The notes: generated by a model not told the origin, from the sequence alone. A DNA stretch of 60,007 bases from Desulfurococcaceae archaeon (GCA_020833255.1 JAJHQR010000002.1:1-60007); one strand, 5' to 3'. Shown: positions 29,781 to 39,286, counted from the first letter of the stretch. Made by a program: numbers and translations.

Positions 29781-30353
29781 CTATGGTTTAAACCATTTTA
29801 AAGCTACATAGGTAATGAGCCCTGACTGGTGGGTTACGGCTAGTATTAAGTCTTTCCTCACGCTGTGTGAGAGCCTACCCCAGCTAATTAAGTCACCGGG
29901 CTCTATGACCTGACCGTACTTAAGCACCTTCACTAAGTAGGGTGCGTGTTCCAGCCCGGGCCTCGTCTTATATAGAGCGAAGTCAGTCCCGTACTTAAGC
30001 GCTGACCTAATAGTGAAGCCGAAGTCCTTGAATTCCTTGTAATTCTTGTATAAATCCTCGAACTCAGGTAGGTGGGTCTCGCACACAGCCTTAAACTCCT
30101 CAAGACTCAATGCCTTACCGTCCTTGAAGATCTTCAGTATTCCTTTCTCCATGAGATAATAAGCTTCTATAAGTGACAGCTCTAGAGGCCTGTTAACCTC
30201 TTCCTCAGTTCCTCTAGGCTTCTTCACGCCGACGGGTTTCCCGATGAAGCTCGCGTCAAAAATACACCTAGCTAAATCCACGTCGAAAACTATTACCTTA
30301 GACCCTATTAGGTAAGCGTCCCCACTACCGCAATTCTTGAGCTTCCTATCTAT
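29781..30353 (-). CDS. endA: tRNA-intron endonuclease catalytic subunit; start uncertain and upstream of the ORF-track GTG
   Basis: LELSLIEA, LKYGTDF.LY, HAPY, GRLSHSVRK (Y/H/K triad); in-frame upstream LIGSKVIVFD. Confidence 0.9.
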   Translation of the reverse strand: MDRKLKNCGSGDAYLIGSKVIVFDVDLARCIFDASFIGKPVGVKKPRGTEEEVNRPLELSLIEAYYLMEKGILKIFKDGKALSLEEFKAVCETHLPEFEDLYKNYKEFKDFGFTIRSALKYGTDFALYKTRPGLEHAPYLVKVLKYGQVIEPGDLISWGRLSHSVRKDLILAVTHQSGLITYVALKWFKP

Positions 30354-31038
30354 GGAGTGAGATGAGCCTGAGATCAGACCCCACCTTCTTGAGGATGTCT
30401 GCGGAGTCTTCGAGCTTATCCGTCAACTCCTTAAGCAGGAGGAGAGCGCCGACATCGTTAGAGTAATTCCTTATTATCTCTGAGCCTAACTCCCTGTATA
30501 TCTCGTCAACGTTATTCTCTAAAGTCACTTCCTTCTGGTAAAGCTCCTTAACGACTTTAGAGTTGCTTAACTTGTTTAACATATCTATCACGATGCTCAT
30601 CATCTCCGTGAGCTTCCTCATAACCGAGTCTAGATATATATACATGTTATCAGGCATCTTCTCAAACCCCTTCGTAACTAAGAGTAAGGCCCTGTTCGCG
30701 GCCGCCTCCCCGTGCTCAACCAACCTTATGATATTCTGTATTATGCCGACGTACAGGTTCTCCATAGGCAGAGCAGGTGAAACCCTGACAACATACTCGA
30801 ACAGGTTTGTACCCCCCTCCTCCACCTCATCCTTCATTAAGCGTATCCTACCGTATATCTTCTCAACCCCTGTCTTATTCAGATCATCTAATTCTTTGAG
30901 GAGGTTTTGAAGCTCTTTGAAGAGATCCGTAGACCTCCTCACCAAAGCTACTAACTGTTCCGCGATAGCTGACTCAGCTATGCTCTCCCTCTCGCCACGT
31001 TCAGGTATCTCGTCAAGTCTTATACTCTCTTCAGTCAA
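30346..31038 (-). CDS. DUF47/PhoU-like phosphate transport regulator
   Basis: All-helical; LENNVDEIYR and LEDSAD motifs; TTG start at 31038 after GGTGG. Confidence 0.75.
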   Translation of the reverse strand: MTEESIRLDEIPERGERESIAESAIAEQLVALVRRSTDLFKELQNLLKELDDLNKTGVEKIYGRIRLMKDEVEEGGTNLFEYVVRVSPALPMENLYVGIIQNIIRLVEHGEAAANRALLLVTKGFEKMPDNMYIYLDSVMRKLTEMMSIVIDMLNKLSNSKVVKELYQKEVTLENNVDEIYRELGSEIIRNYSNDVGALLLLKELTDKLEDSADILKKVGSDLRLISLHR

Positions 31039-31108
31039 GCTCCCACCGTTTACACTTCTAGTAATAATTCGCAGGTTATAATAAATACTTCGATGCGGTG
31101 GGGGACGC

Positions 31109-31522
31109 TCAAACACTGGGCAGAATCTTCAAGACCCTTGAAGCCACGTCGCTTAAGTCTTTAAGCTTAGTTAACTCATCGTCTATGAAGCTAGCTTCAT
31201 CCCGCATGCCCTTCTCAATAAGGTGTGTTCTAAGATCCGTTAATATGTCTTCCTCGTCATTCACGGACACTAAAACAACGAAAGTGATTAAGGTTCTCAC
31301 GTAGTCCGCGAATTCCCTACGTATTTCCGAAGACTCACACAACTCAATACTCTTCTTCAGGCTACTCCTAGTCTTACTAACCTTGACTACGTAACTCTTC
31401 ACCACATCGTAGGAAGTCCTCCCGTTAAGGAAATCCTCGGCTAACTCTCTTAACCTAGCTAACTCCTTATTCCTTCTTAACGTATAATCCTCTAACTTCT
31501 TGAATATGAGTGAGTCCTCCAT
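31109..31522 (-). CDS. Hypothetical protein
   Basis: 137-aa ORF translationally coupled to the upstream gene. Confidence 0.7.
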   Translation of the reverse strand: MEDSLIFKKLEDYTLRRNKELARLRELAEDFLNGRTSYDVVKSYVVKVSKTRSSLKKSIELCESSEIRREFADYVRTLITFVVLVSVNDEEDILTDLRTHLIEKGMRDEASFIDDELTKLKDLSDVASRVLKILPSV

Positions 31523-31878
31523 TAAGCAGACCTCAGAGTAACCATGGAGTTATCGGAGATACCGTTCTTCCGCATGAAATCCGCGTTAGCCCAGACCTCA
31601 CCCTCCGGAAGGTCTTCAGAAATTAAAACTCTTAACGTGAGCTTCTTCCCTGAAACAGATACCTGAGCCGCATCCTTAATACCTAACTCACCCGCCAACT
31701 TACTAGAAACGTAGATAGTGTTCTCCGGAACACCCTCCCTCAACCTAATCCTAACCCTCCTCTCAGGGATTTTCTTCGCTCCCTTACCCAGCACCTCACT
31801 AGCTGGAGGTATCACAGCAACCAATTGCTTAACGTCTCTCTTCTGGGGTTGCTGCGGGCCGCCACTCTCACTACTCAG
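31522..31878 (-). CDS. Small protein resembling a CDC48-N/double-psi beta-barrel; probable CTG start
   Basis: LAGELGI...GISDNSMVTLR pattern; in-frame CTG at 31878 after a GGTG SD. Confidence 0.65.
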   Translation of the reverse strand: MSSESGGPQQPQKRDVKQLVAVIPPASEVLGKGAKKIPERRVRIRLREGVPENTIYVSSKLAGELGIKDAAQVSVSGKKLTLRVLISEDLPEGEVWANADFMRKNGISDNSMVTLRSA

Positions 31879-32108
31879 TATACACCACCATAAGAATTAG
31901 TAATGATCAACGAAAATAAATACTGTGAAGCACTCCAAACCCAATGATTGGTGAGGTTAAACTACGAAGGTTGGGCCCCGGATCTGCCACCTTAAATACC
32001 CCGCAACCCACACCGCAGAGGTAGTTACGGCATCAACGGAGGAAATCAGTGAGGAAGACTTTAAACACCACGGGGACGACGCGTGGGGAGTAGACGGGTT
32101 CTGGATAA

Positions 32109-33812
32109 TCACAAATTATTCAAGACCCACTTAATCACTTCGTCAGATTTAATCCTTATCTGCTCTCTTGAATCCCTGAATCTCACGGTTACTGTATTGT
32201 CTTCTAGCGATTGATAATCTACCGTCACAGCGAAGGGAACCCCTATCTCATCGACTCTCGCGTACCTCCTCCCTATACTCCCGTCCTCGTCGTAGATTAC
32301 CGTGAGACCTGCCTTAACGGCGTCATGATAGATCCTCCTAGCAAGCGTTCTCAAAGACTCCTCCTTAGGTATTAGTGGGAAGACAGCTAGCTTGTAAGGA
32401 GCTAGCTTAGGCGGTAATTTAAGGACTACCCTACCCCCCTCCTCATAGTAAGCTTTATCTAGAACGACCAGTAATAATCTCTCCGCTCCAAACGAGGGCT
32501 CCACCACGTGCGGTATGAACCTACGACCCCTCACAACCTCCTTAACTTCCTCAATGCGGAATACTCTTGCAGGAACCTTAAACCCATCAACAATTACCTC
32601 CCCCTCACTAAGTATCTTCTCAACCTCTTCCACGCTCAGTCTCCTCAACGCTTGCAGTACTCTAGGCGTGTCCGAACCGAAGTATTCTTTCAGGAGTTCT
32701 TGATCTATGACAACACTCTTCTTAGTAACCTCCTTAGGTTTCTTAAGCTCTCTGTAGACCGTCATGTCCTCGCCTGAGAACTGCATGTGCCTAGATAAGT
32801 CGTAGTCAGTCCTGTAAGCATGACCTGATATCTCGACCCATCCCCACCTAGATATAGAGACTAGCTGATCGAACGTCTGCTTAGAGTAGTGAGCTCTCTC
32901 CTCCGGGAGTTTTTCTTCAAACAATATCTCGTCTTCCCTTAAACCAAGTTCCTTAGCGAATGCTTGAGCTACAGACATCCAGTACGCGAGCCACTTATTA
33001 AGCACTATACCCTCAGCAACAGCCTCCTCAGGCCTCACAACAACTACCTCATCCAACCCCTTACTCCTAGCATCAGCGGTCAATATCCTCAGTTTCTCAG
33101 GGAACCTGCTGAAGTCAGGTTCTTCAGCGTCTTCCGGGTCGAAAAAGAACTCAACCTCCATTATGGTGAACTCCCTCAGCCTAACCATCCCCTGCCTAGG
33201 GGATATCTCGTTCCTAGCCACCCTACCTACCTGAGCTATACCTAGCGGGAGTGAGTACCTCATAGCGTTGAAGACCCTCTTAAAAGACGTGAACATTCCT
33301 TGAGCGGCTTCAGGCCTTAAGTAAGCCACGTCATGCTTGTAAGGACCTACGTTAGTCTGGAATAAGAGGTTGAAAGTCCTCACGTCCTCTAACTCACCAC
33401 CACATGAAGGACACTTAACCCCCTTCTCCCTAATAATCGAGGTAAGTTCTTCAGGACGTAAGCCCTCGACCTTGATTCCGAGAATATCTTCTAAGAGATG
33501 ATCAGCTCTGTAAATCTTCCCGCACTTACTGCAGGTAACTATCGGATCCGTGAAGCTCTCCACATGCCCTGAAGCTTTAAACACTATCTCAGGCGCTATT
33601 ACCGGAGTCTCTATGAGAACAACCATATCTTGATGTCTGAAGACGAAGTAATCTAGCCAGAGCTTCCTTATGTTTTCTTTCAAGAGAGACCCTAGAGGAC
33701 CTAAGTCGTAGAACCCCGCTAAACCACCGTAGATTTCATAGGAAGGCCAGAAAAAACCTCTACGCGCCGCTAAATCAACGATTTTCTCATACTTATCGCT
33801 GCTCACGTCCAC
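32109..33812 (-). CDS. glyS: Glycine--tRNA ligase (alpha2 type)
   Basis: YLRPEAAQG, RNEISPRQG.VRLREF, ERAHYS, PHVVEPSFG, SIGRRYAR.DEIG. Confidence 0.95.
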   Translation of the reverse strand: MDVSSDKYEKIVDLAARRGFFWPSYEIYGGLAGFYDLGPLGSLLKENIRKLWLDYFVFRHQDMVVLIETPVIAPEIVFKASGHVESFTDPIVTCSKCGKIYRADHLLEDILGIKVEGLRPEELTSIIREKGVKCPSCGGELEDVRTFNLLFQTNVGPYKHDVAYLRPEAAQGMFTSFKRVFNAMRYSLPLGIAQVGRVARNEISPRQGMVRLREFTIMEVEFFFDPEDAEEPDFSRFPEKLRILTADARSKGLDEVVVVRPEEAVAEGIVLNKWLAYWMSVAQAFAKELGLREDEILFEEKLPEERAHYSKQTFDQLVSISRWGWVEISGHAYRTDYDLSRHMQFSGEDMTVYRELKKPKEVTKKSVVIDQELLKEYFGSDTPRVLQALRRLSVEEVEKILSEGEVIVDGFKVPARVFRIEEVKEVVRGRRFIPHVVEPSFGAERLLLVVLDKAYYEEGGRVVLKLPPKLAPYKLAVFPLIPKEESLRTLARRIYHDAVKAGLTVIYDEDGSIGRRYARVDEIGVPFAVTVDYQSLEDNTVTVRFRDSREQIRIKSDEVIKWVLNNL

Positions 33813-33884
33813 GTAACACCTACAGAAAATAAGGAAATCCGGTTTTATAAAACCTTATCGTCATACATCAAGGAGTGGGTAAGC

Positions 33885-34787
33885 ATGCTTGAACTCTACT
33901 TAATCAACAACCCGTACGTATTTCTCGGGGTTAACGGGGATAGGGGGAGAAACCCCTTAAGCCTAGTAGGGATTCCCTTCGACTCAACCAATAGCTTCAG
34001 GAGTGGTTCCAGGCTCGCGCCGATGCGTATACGACACGCCTCCCAATCCCTAGAAACCTACTCGTTCAGGAACGGCATCGCCCTGGAAGAGAACCCTCCA
34101 GTAGATGAGGGTGATATAGCGGTAGTGCACGGCAGTGCTGAAGCAACGCTGAGAAACATCTCGGTAGTCGCTAAGGAATTATTCAAGACCAGGAAAACAA
34201 TCTTCGTCGGAGGAGATCACATAGTGACTTACGGAATCATTGAAGGACTCTTCAACGCGGTAAAGAAAAACCCCTGCGTGCTAATTCTCGACGCTCACCT
34301 AGATTTCAGGTCGGATTACCTAGGCTTCAAGTATAGCCACGCGTGCGTGACCAGGAGGATCAGCGAGGTGGTGGGGGCGAGGAACGTGATGGTGTTAGGC
34401 TTCAGAGCCGTCGACATTAAGGAACTGAGGGAAGCTAGGGAAGCAGGCCTAAACATGATTAACTCATACGAACTCAACAAAATAACCCTGAGAGAAGCAG
34501 TCAATAAGGTGAGGGATTTCTTGAGCGCCTGCGAGCACACCTACGTATCTTTAGATATGGACGTAATAGACCCAGCATACGCGCCGGGAGTATCCACCCC
34601 CGAACCCGAAGGACTTCAACCAACACTAGTGATAGATCTGATAACGAACGTGATAGACGGGAAAACAGCTGGACTAGATTTAGTTGAGGTAAACCCTCTC
34701 GTAGACGTGGGGGACATCACATCATTCCTAGCAGCTAAAATACTCATAGAGGTCTCCACGAAATTCCTAAGCGTTGTAAGAGCGTGA
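33885..34787 (+). CDS. speB: Agmatinase (ureohydrolase family)
   Basis: GGDH, DAHLD, SHA, SLDMDVIDPAYAPGVSTP. Confidence 0.9.
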   Translation: MLELYLINNPYVFLGVNGDRGRNPLSLVGIPFDSTNSFRSGSRLAPMRIRHASQSLETYSFRNGIALEENPPVDEGDIAVVHGSAEATLRNISVVAKELFKTRKTIFVGGDHIVTYGIIEGLFNAVKKNPCVLILDAHLDFRSDYLGFKYSHACVTRRISEVVGARNVMVLGFRAVDIKELREAREAGLNMINSYELNKITLREAVNKVRDFLSACEHTYVSLDMDVIDPAYAPGVSTPEPEGLQPTLVIDLITNVIDGKTAGLDLVEVNPLVDVGDITSFLAAKILIEVSTKFLSVVRA

Positions 34788-34887
34788 GGTTCAGCGCACC
34801 TATACTTCTCTAAGACATGGTTTCCCTCAGCAAGTTTAATCATGTTTTCTTTTTAAGTAAAGCGATGTTAGAGAGTGTGGTGAGAAC

Positions 34888-35802
34888 ATGATTTCGATTA
34901 TAGGAGCTGGCAGGGTAGGAACGTCAACCGCTCTCATGAGTGTCTTGAGAGGTCTTGACAGCAAGATAGTGTTGGTGGACGTGGTTCCGGGCTTAGCGCG
35001 TGGGGAAGCTCTCGACCTATCACACGCTGCCGCGGTCCTCGGTATCGACGTGGATATACAGGGCTCGGAAGACTTCAGCATAATTAGAGGTAGTGACATA
35101 GTCTTAGTGACGGCCGGTAAGCCTAGGAAGGCCGGCATGACTAGGGAGCAGTTGGTCGCGGATAACGCGTCAATAATTAACGACATAGCCCCTAAGATTA
35201 GGGAGTACGCACCTGATTCTATAGTGATAATCACCACGAACCCGTTAGAGGTAATGACATACCTAATGTATAAGAAGCTGGGTTTCCCTAGGGAGAGAGT
35301 GATAGGTTTTAGCGGGGTTCTAGACTCTGCTAGACTAGCTTACTACGCGTCCAAAAAACTCAACATAAGCTACTCCTCGATAGTTCCGGTAGTGATAGGG
35401 ATGCACGGCGAGAACATGCTTCCACTACCCAGACTCTCCACTATCTGCGGCATCCCCCTAACCCAGTTATTACCTGAAAACGAAATCGAGTCATTAAAGA
35501 AAGAAACGATTGAGGCGGGGGCGACAATAACCAAGCTTAAGGGATACAGCAGTTCTTACGGGCCAGCAGCCGGATTAACTCTCATGGTAGAAGCTATAAG
35601 GAAAGACTCGAACAAGTTACTGATCGCTAGCGTGTTCCTTGACGGTGAGTACGGACAGCATGACGTAGTAGCGGAAGTCCCTGTCATCCTAGGAAGGACC
35701 GGCGTGAAGAAGGTGATTGAGTTACCTCTAAACGAAAACGAGAGGAAGAAATTCTTAGAGAGTGTTGAGTCTGTTAAGTCGTTAATCAAGTTACTTACTT
35801 AA
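34888..35802 (+). CDS. mdh: Malate dehydrogenase (LDH-like)
   Basis: GAGRVG, PRKAGMTRE.L, LDSARL, GMHG. Confidence 0.88.
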   Translation: MISIIGAGRVGTSTALMSVLRGLDSKIVLVDVVPGLARGEALDLSHAAAVLGIDVDIQGSEDFSIIRGSDIVLVTAGKPRKAGMTREQLVADNASIINDIAPKIREYAPDSIVIITTNPLEVMTYLMYKKLGFPRERVIGFSGVLDSARLAYYASKKLNISYSSIVPVVIGMHGENMLPLPRLSTICGIPLTQLLPENEIESLKKETIEAGATITKLKGYSSSYGPAAGLTLMVEAIRKDSNKLLIASVFLDGEYGQHDVVAEVPVILGRTGVKKVIELPLNENERKKFLESVESVKSLIKLLT

Positions 35803-35858
35803 AAACCTCACGTCATTTAATTTCTTTAAATTAAGTTAACCATTTTTCCCGCGCCGCC

Positions 35859-36005
35859 CTAGCTAATGAGATGGTTTTTCTCGTTGACGTCCATGTATTC
35901 TAAAGCGTTGAAGGGGCACCACTTATCAGGGAAGTACTCGTCACCTAAGAATCTCTCAATAACTTTAGAGCCTAGTGCGTATTCAGCTTGTTTTTCCTCA
36001 CCCAT
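35859..36005 (-). CDS. Possible 48-aa small protein or gene remnant
   Basis: MGEEKQAEYALGSKVIERFLGDEYFPDKWCPFNALEYMDVNEKNHLIS; GGTG SD and TATA-like CTTAAAG upstream. Confidence 0.35.
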   Translation of the reverse strand: MGEEKQAEYALGSKVIERFLGDEYFPDKWCPFNALEYMDVNEKNHLIS

Positions 36006-36068
36006 AACGCTGTACACCAACAAGATAATATCTTATGACTAGGGTCTTTAAGCTTTAACGAGGCTCAA

Positions 36069-36142
36069 TATAGTATACTATAAACGTGATTCGTGATTAT
36101 ACTTAATTATACTTTTATACTTTTTAGATGGAAAGCTTAAAA
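36069..36142 (+). promoter_or_regulatory. Candidate operator array and promoter of the AOR locus
   Basis: Perfect palindrome TATAGTATACTATA (36069-82), three TTATACTT copies (36097, 36107, 36115), then AAAGCTTAAAA. Confidence 0.45.
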
Positions 36143-36179
36143 ACAGTACCTAACAAATTACTTGTGAGGCGAGGGCGTA

Positions 36180-36470
36180 ATGAGTTCTACGGTCTTGGTT
36201 GAGGAAGACTTCCTAGCACTTAACTACATGTACTTAGTTGAGTGCACAACGCTCGAATTATTAACTCACTTCATGAAGGGAGATAACGCGAAAGCACTCG
36301 AGGTCCTCAAGAGGTTCAAGGATAGAGGCTACGTGATAACGTCAGATGATTTCATAATGTTGAGTGATGAAGCTAAGAGAAACGTGGGGGAACTCCGCAA
36401 GAACATGGTTAAGAGACTTGAGGGTAACGTGAACGTAGTCATGGGTGATGATAAAGAATGTTGTTCATGA
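36180..36470 (+). CDS. Hypothetical protein, possibly winged-helix
   Basis: LKRFKDRGYV....I.LSDEA pattern; first gene of the AOR locus. Confidence 0.55.
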   Translation: MSSTVLVEEDFLALNYMYLVECTTLELLTHFMKGDNAKALEVLKRFKDRGYVITSDDFIMLSDEAKRNVGELRKNMVKRLEGNVNVVMGDDKECCS

Positions 36471-36502
36471 AGATTGGCTAAGGCTTTTCGGGCTTAAGAG
36501 GG

Positions 36503-38365
36503 TTGAGTGGGGTGTGTTCCGTGGTCTTCGGGTTTAGCGGGAAATTACTGGATGTGGACTTGAGTAAGGGGGAGGTAAAGACTATCGGGTTAAGAGAGGA
36601 TTGGAGTAGACTCTACGTTGGGGGTTCAGGCTACGCTACCAGACTCCTCTATGACCTGATAAGTAAGGAGACCGAGCCCTTATCACCAGATAACGTCCTC
36701 GTGATAATGACCGGGCCTTTCGTCGACACGTTCCCCATAAGTCCTAAGACAGCTTTCGTCACTAAATCCCCACTTACAGGATACTTAGGTAAGTCTATGG
36801 TCGGCGGCTCGTTCGGCGCGATGCTTAAGAGGGCAGGGTTTGACGGAATCGTCTTGAGAGGGGCTTCAAGAAAGCCTGTATACCTGGCAGTGATAGATGG
36901 TCAGGCCGAGATTAGGGACGCCTCACACCTGTGGGGTAAGGACGTTCTAGAGACTTCTAAGATAATCAAGGAAGAACTGAATAATCAGAAAGCTAAGGTA
37001 GCGGCGATAGGTCCTGCAGGGGAGAACTTAGTTAGGATTGCTGCCGTGATAACGGATGAGAGGAGAGCTGCCGGGAGAACCGGTGTCGGGGCTGTTATGG
37101 GTTCTAAGAAACTGAAGGCTATAGCCGCTTACGGTAGTAGGAAGGTTAATGTCTACGATAGGGAGAGGTTAGTGCACTTAATGAGGGAACACTTAGCCGC
37201 ACCTCTCAAATCTCCTAGAGGTATTGGGTTAAGGTCTTACGGGACTTCAGGAGGCTTAATCAGTTACGCCATGGACGGCAACGTACCGATAAAGAACTGG
37301 ACTAAAGGGGTTTTCGACAAGGTAGATAACATAACTGGGCAAACCCTGCAGAAAGTCTATAAGTCGAGAGGCGTTGCCTGCGGTACTGAGGTAGTGTGCT
37401 CTATTCAGTGCCATAAAGAACTCCAGGTAAGCGGGGTTAGCGAGGAGTGGGAGAAGTGTCCTGAGTTTGAGACTCTAGCTCTCATAGGAACTAACTTAAT
37501 GATAGGTAACGGCGAGAGTCTCGTAAAGATAAATAGGCTCTGCGACAGGCTAGGTTTAGACACCATATCTACTGGAGGGGTCATAGCTTGGGCTATGGAA
37601 GCTTACGAGAAAGGACTTATCAGAGCTGAGGACCTAGGTTTTGAGCTTAAGTGGGGTGACGGGGAAGCCGTTCTGAGACTAGTGGAGATGATCGCGTATA
37701 GGAGAGGCCTAGGTGACGTACTAGCTGAGGGCGTTAAGAGAGCCTCGCAAAGGATTGGTCCGGAAGCTGAGAAGTTCGCTATACACGTTAAGGGTCTTGA
37801 GCTACCGGCACACCACCCGAGACGGTATCACTCTATAGGATTAGCTTACGCTACCTCAAACATCGGGGCAAGCCATCTCCAAGGCATGACCATGCTGGTA
37901 GAGAGAGGGATACTGCTACCGGAGTACGGTATCTCCGAAATACCTAAAGACATTGAGTCTAAGGTTAGGGTCACGATAATCCATCAAAACCTGTGCGCTT
38001 TCCTAGACTCAGCAGGTCTCTGCAAATTCGGTGTTTTCGGTATCGTAGACTTCAATAAGATAGCTGAGGAATATAAGGCTATAACAGGTATTGAAGCGTC
38101 TAAGGAAGACATACTGATGGCTGGTGAGAGAATATGGTATCTTGAAAGACTCTTAAACCTGAAGCTAGGTCTTAGGGTTGAGGAGGACACGCTGCCTAAG
38201 AGGTTCGTAGAAGAACCTCTTGAAGAAGGACCTATAAAAGGAGTGACCTGCCCGATAAACCAACTACTAGAGCTCTTCTACCGCTACAGGGAGTTAGACC
38301 CTCGGAACGGTTACCCAAGTGAGGAGAGGATAAGGAAGCTGGGGCTGGATATATCAGTTAGTTGA
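36503..38365 (+). CDS. Aldehyde:ferredoxin oxidoreductase family (W/Mo-pterin) enzyme
   Basis: KSPLTG, IGPAGENLV, AAGRTGVGAVMGSKKLKAI, CDRLGLDTIS, DSAGLCKF, DTLPKRF. Confidence 0.93.
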   Translation: MSGVCSVVFGFSGKLLDVDLSKGEVKTIGLREDWSRLYVGGSGYATRLLYDLISKETEPLSPDNVLVIMTGPFVDTFPISPKTAFVTKSPLTGYLGKSMVGGSFGAMLKRAGFDGIVLRGASRKPVYLAVIDGQAEIRDASHLWGKDVLETSKIIKEELNNQKAKVAAIGPAGENLVRIAAVITDERRAAGRTGVGAVMGSKKLKAIAAYGSRKVNVYDRERLVHLMREHLAAPLKSPRGIGLRSYGTSGGLISYAMDGNVPIKNWTKGVFDKVDNITGQTLQKVYKSRGVACGTEVVCSIQCHKELQVSGVSEEWEKCPEFETLALIGTNLMIGNGESLVKINRLCDRLGLDTISTGGVIAWAMEAYEKGLIRAEDLGFELKWGDGEAVLRLVEMIAYRRGLGDVLAEGVKRASQRIGPEAEKFAIHVKGLELPAHHPRRYHSIGLAYATSNIGASHLQGMTMLVERGILLPEYGISEIPKDIESKVRVTIIHQNLCAFLDSAGLCKFGVFGIVDFNKIAEEYKAITGIEASKEDILMAGERIWYLERLLNLKLGLRVEEDTLPKRFVEEPLEEGPIKGVTCPINQLLELFYRYRELDPRNGYPSEERIRKLGLDISVS

Positions 38366-38374
38366 GGTTCGCGT

Positions 38375-38593
38375 ATGCCCACTATCAAGGTAAGGGTATA
38401 CCCAGATCTCGAGAATGTCGTGACCGTGGAGGTTAACACTTTAGTAGTTAAGGAAGTTCTGGAAGTCCTTAAAGATTTGCTGAGGCTTCAAGGACAGTAC
38501 GCCATAGTGAAGAACGGCAGGATCTTAAGTAATGACGAATATATAAGCGACGACGATGATATAACATTGATTCAAGTAGTGGAAGGAGGTTAG
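38375..38593 (+). CDS. MoaD/ThiS ubiquitin-like sulfur carrier
   Basis: 72 aa, KNG motif, C-terminal GG; follows the AOR gene. Confidence 0.88.
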   Translation: MPTIKVRVYPDLENVVTVEVNTLVVKEVLEVLKDLLRLQGQYAIVKNGRILSNDEYISDDDDITLIQVVEGG

Positions 38594-38603
38594 GTAGTGT
38601 AAG

Positions 38604-38947
38604 ATGCTCGTGATTAACGCGAAGGAAATAACAGACTATCTAGTACCTAAGCCTGCTGAAAGAGAGCTGAAGGTGGTCCTAGCGCCTCAATTAGGTAATT
38701 ACGATAAGGCAACAATATTGTTATCTCTCATCCCGCCGGAGAGTAGTACAGGACTGCATCAACACGGCTCAGACGAGATAATGTATGTTGTGAGCGGTGA
38801 GGGTGAAGCAATAGAGATAATTGGAGGTAAGCAAACAATAACTAAGGTTAAGCCAGGCTACGTAACACAGACCACGTCCGGAATACAGCACAAGATCAGG
38901 AACACACCGGATTAACAGCCCTAAAGTTATTCTGTTATGCGTTCTCA
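38604..38947 (+). pseudogene. Cupin-domain gene, frameshifted and interrupted by the mini-element
   Basis: HQH.SDEIMYVVSGEG...QHKIRN then a premature stop; LKLFCYAFS(P) continues in another frame up to the element end at 38948. Confidence 0.65.
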
Positions 38948-39092
38948 CCGTTTCTCGGTAGGTAGTGGTTCGTTTTAAGACTCCCCACCACCTACTTCCC
39001 AACGGTCTCTCCGAGCCCCCTCACCGCAGTAGCTCACCCCTGTCGCCAGAGGCTTCAAAGCCCTATGGATCTCGGAAGCCCGAAGACACCAA
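38948..39092 (-). ncRNA. Putative omega-like guide-RNA scaffold (orphan copy)
   Basis: TTTATAT box at 39119-39113; GC-rich structured sequence homologous to 41806-41940; ends ACCGAGAAACGG. Confidence 0.6.
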
Positions 39093-39241
39093 TTAAACAC
39101 AAGCTTCTGAGCATATAAATCTGAAATCATGAAGAGACGTAGTCTAGACAAACACACAACATCAACGCACCTCACAACATTAAGAAGTCTTAGACATCAA
39201 TAAATACGAGCACTGTAAATGAATGTAGAGCTGAAACAGCC
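38948..39241 (+). mobile_element. ~295-bp internally deleted (MITE-like) derivative of the TnpB element at 40627-41940, inverted orientation
   Basis: Same ends (CCGTTTCTCGGTAG... and ...GAAACAGCC), homologous scaffold and promoter, and a 24-codon tnpB 3' remnant at 39129-39203. Confidence 0.88.
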
Positions 39242-39286
39242 CATACTTAAATTTCACTCTTCAGTTTAAGATATTTGGTGTGACTC

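Noticed and set aside
31940..32105. Possible C/D sRNAs (GTGAAGC..ATGA..GTGAGGT and GTGAGGA..GGACGA)
   Set aside because: No CTGA D box at the right spacing; too degenerate to call without expression data.
38769..39175. ORFs 38769-39002 and 38975-39175
   Set aside because: They are translations across the mini-element scaffold and junction, not credible proteins.
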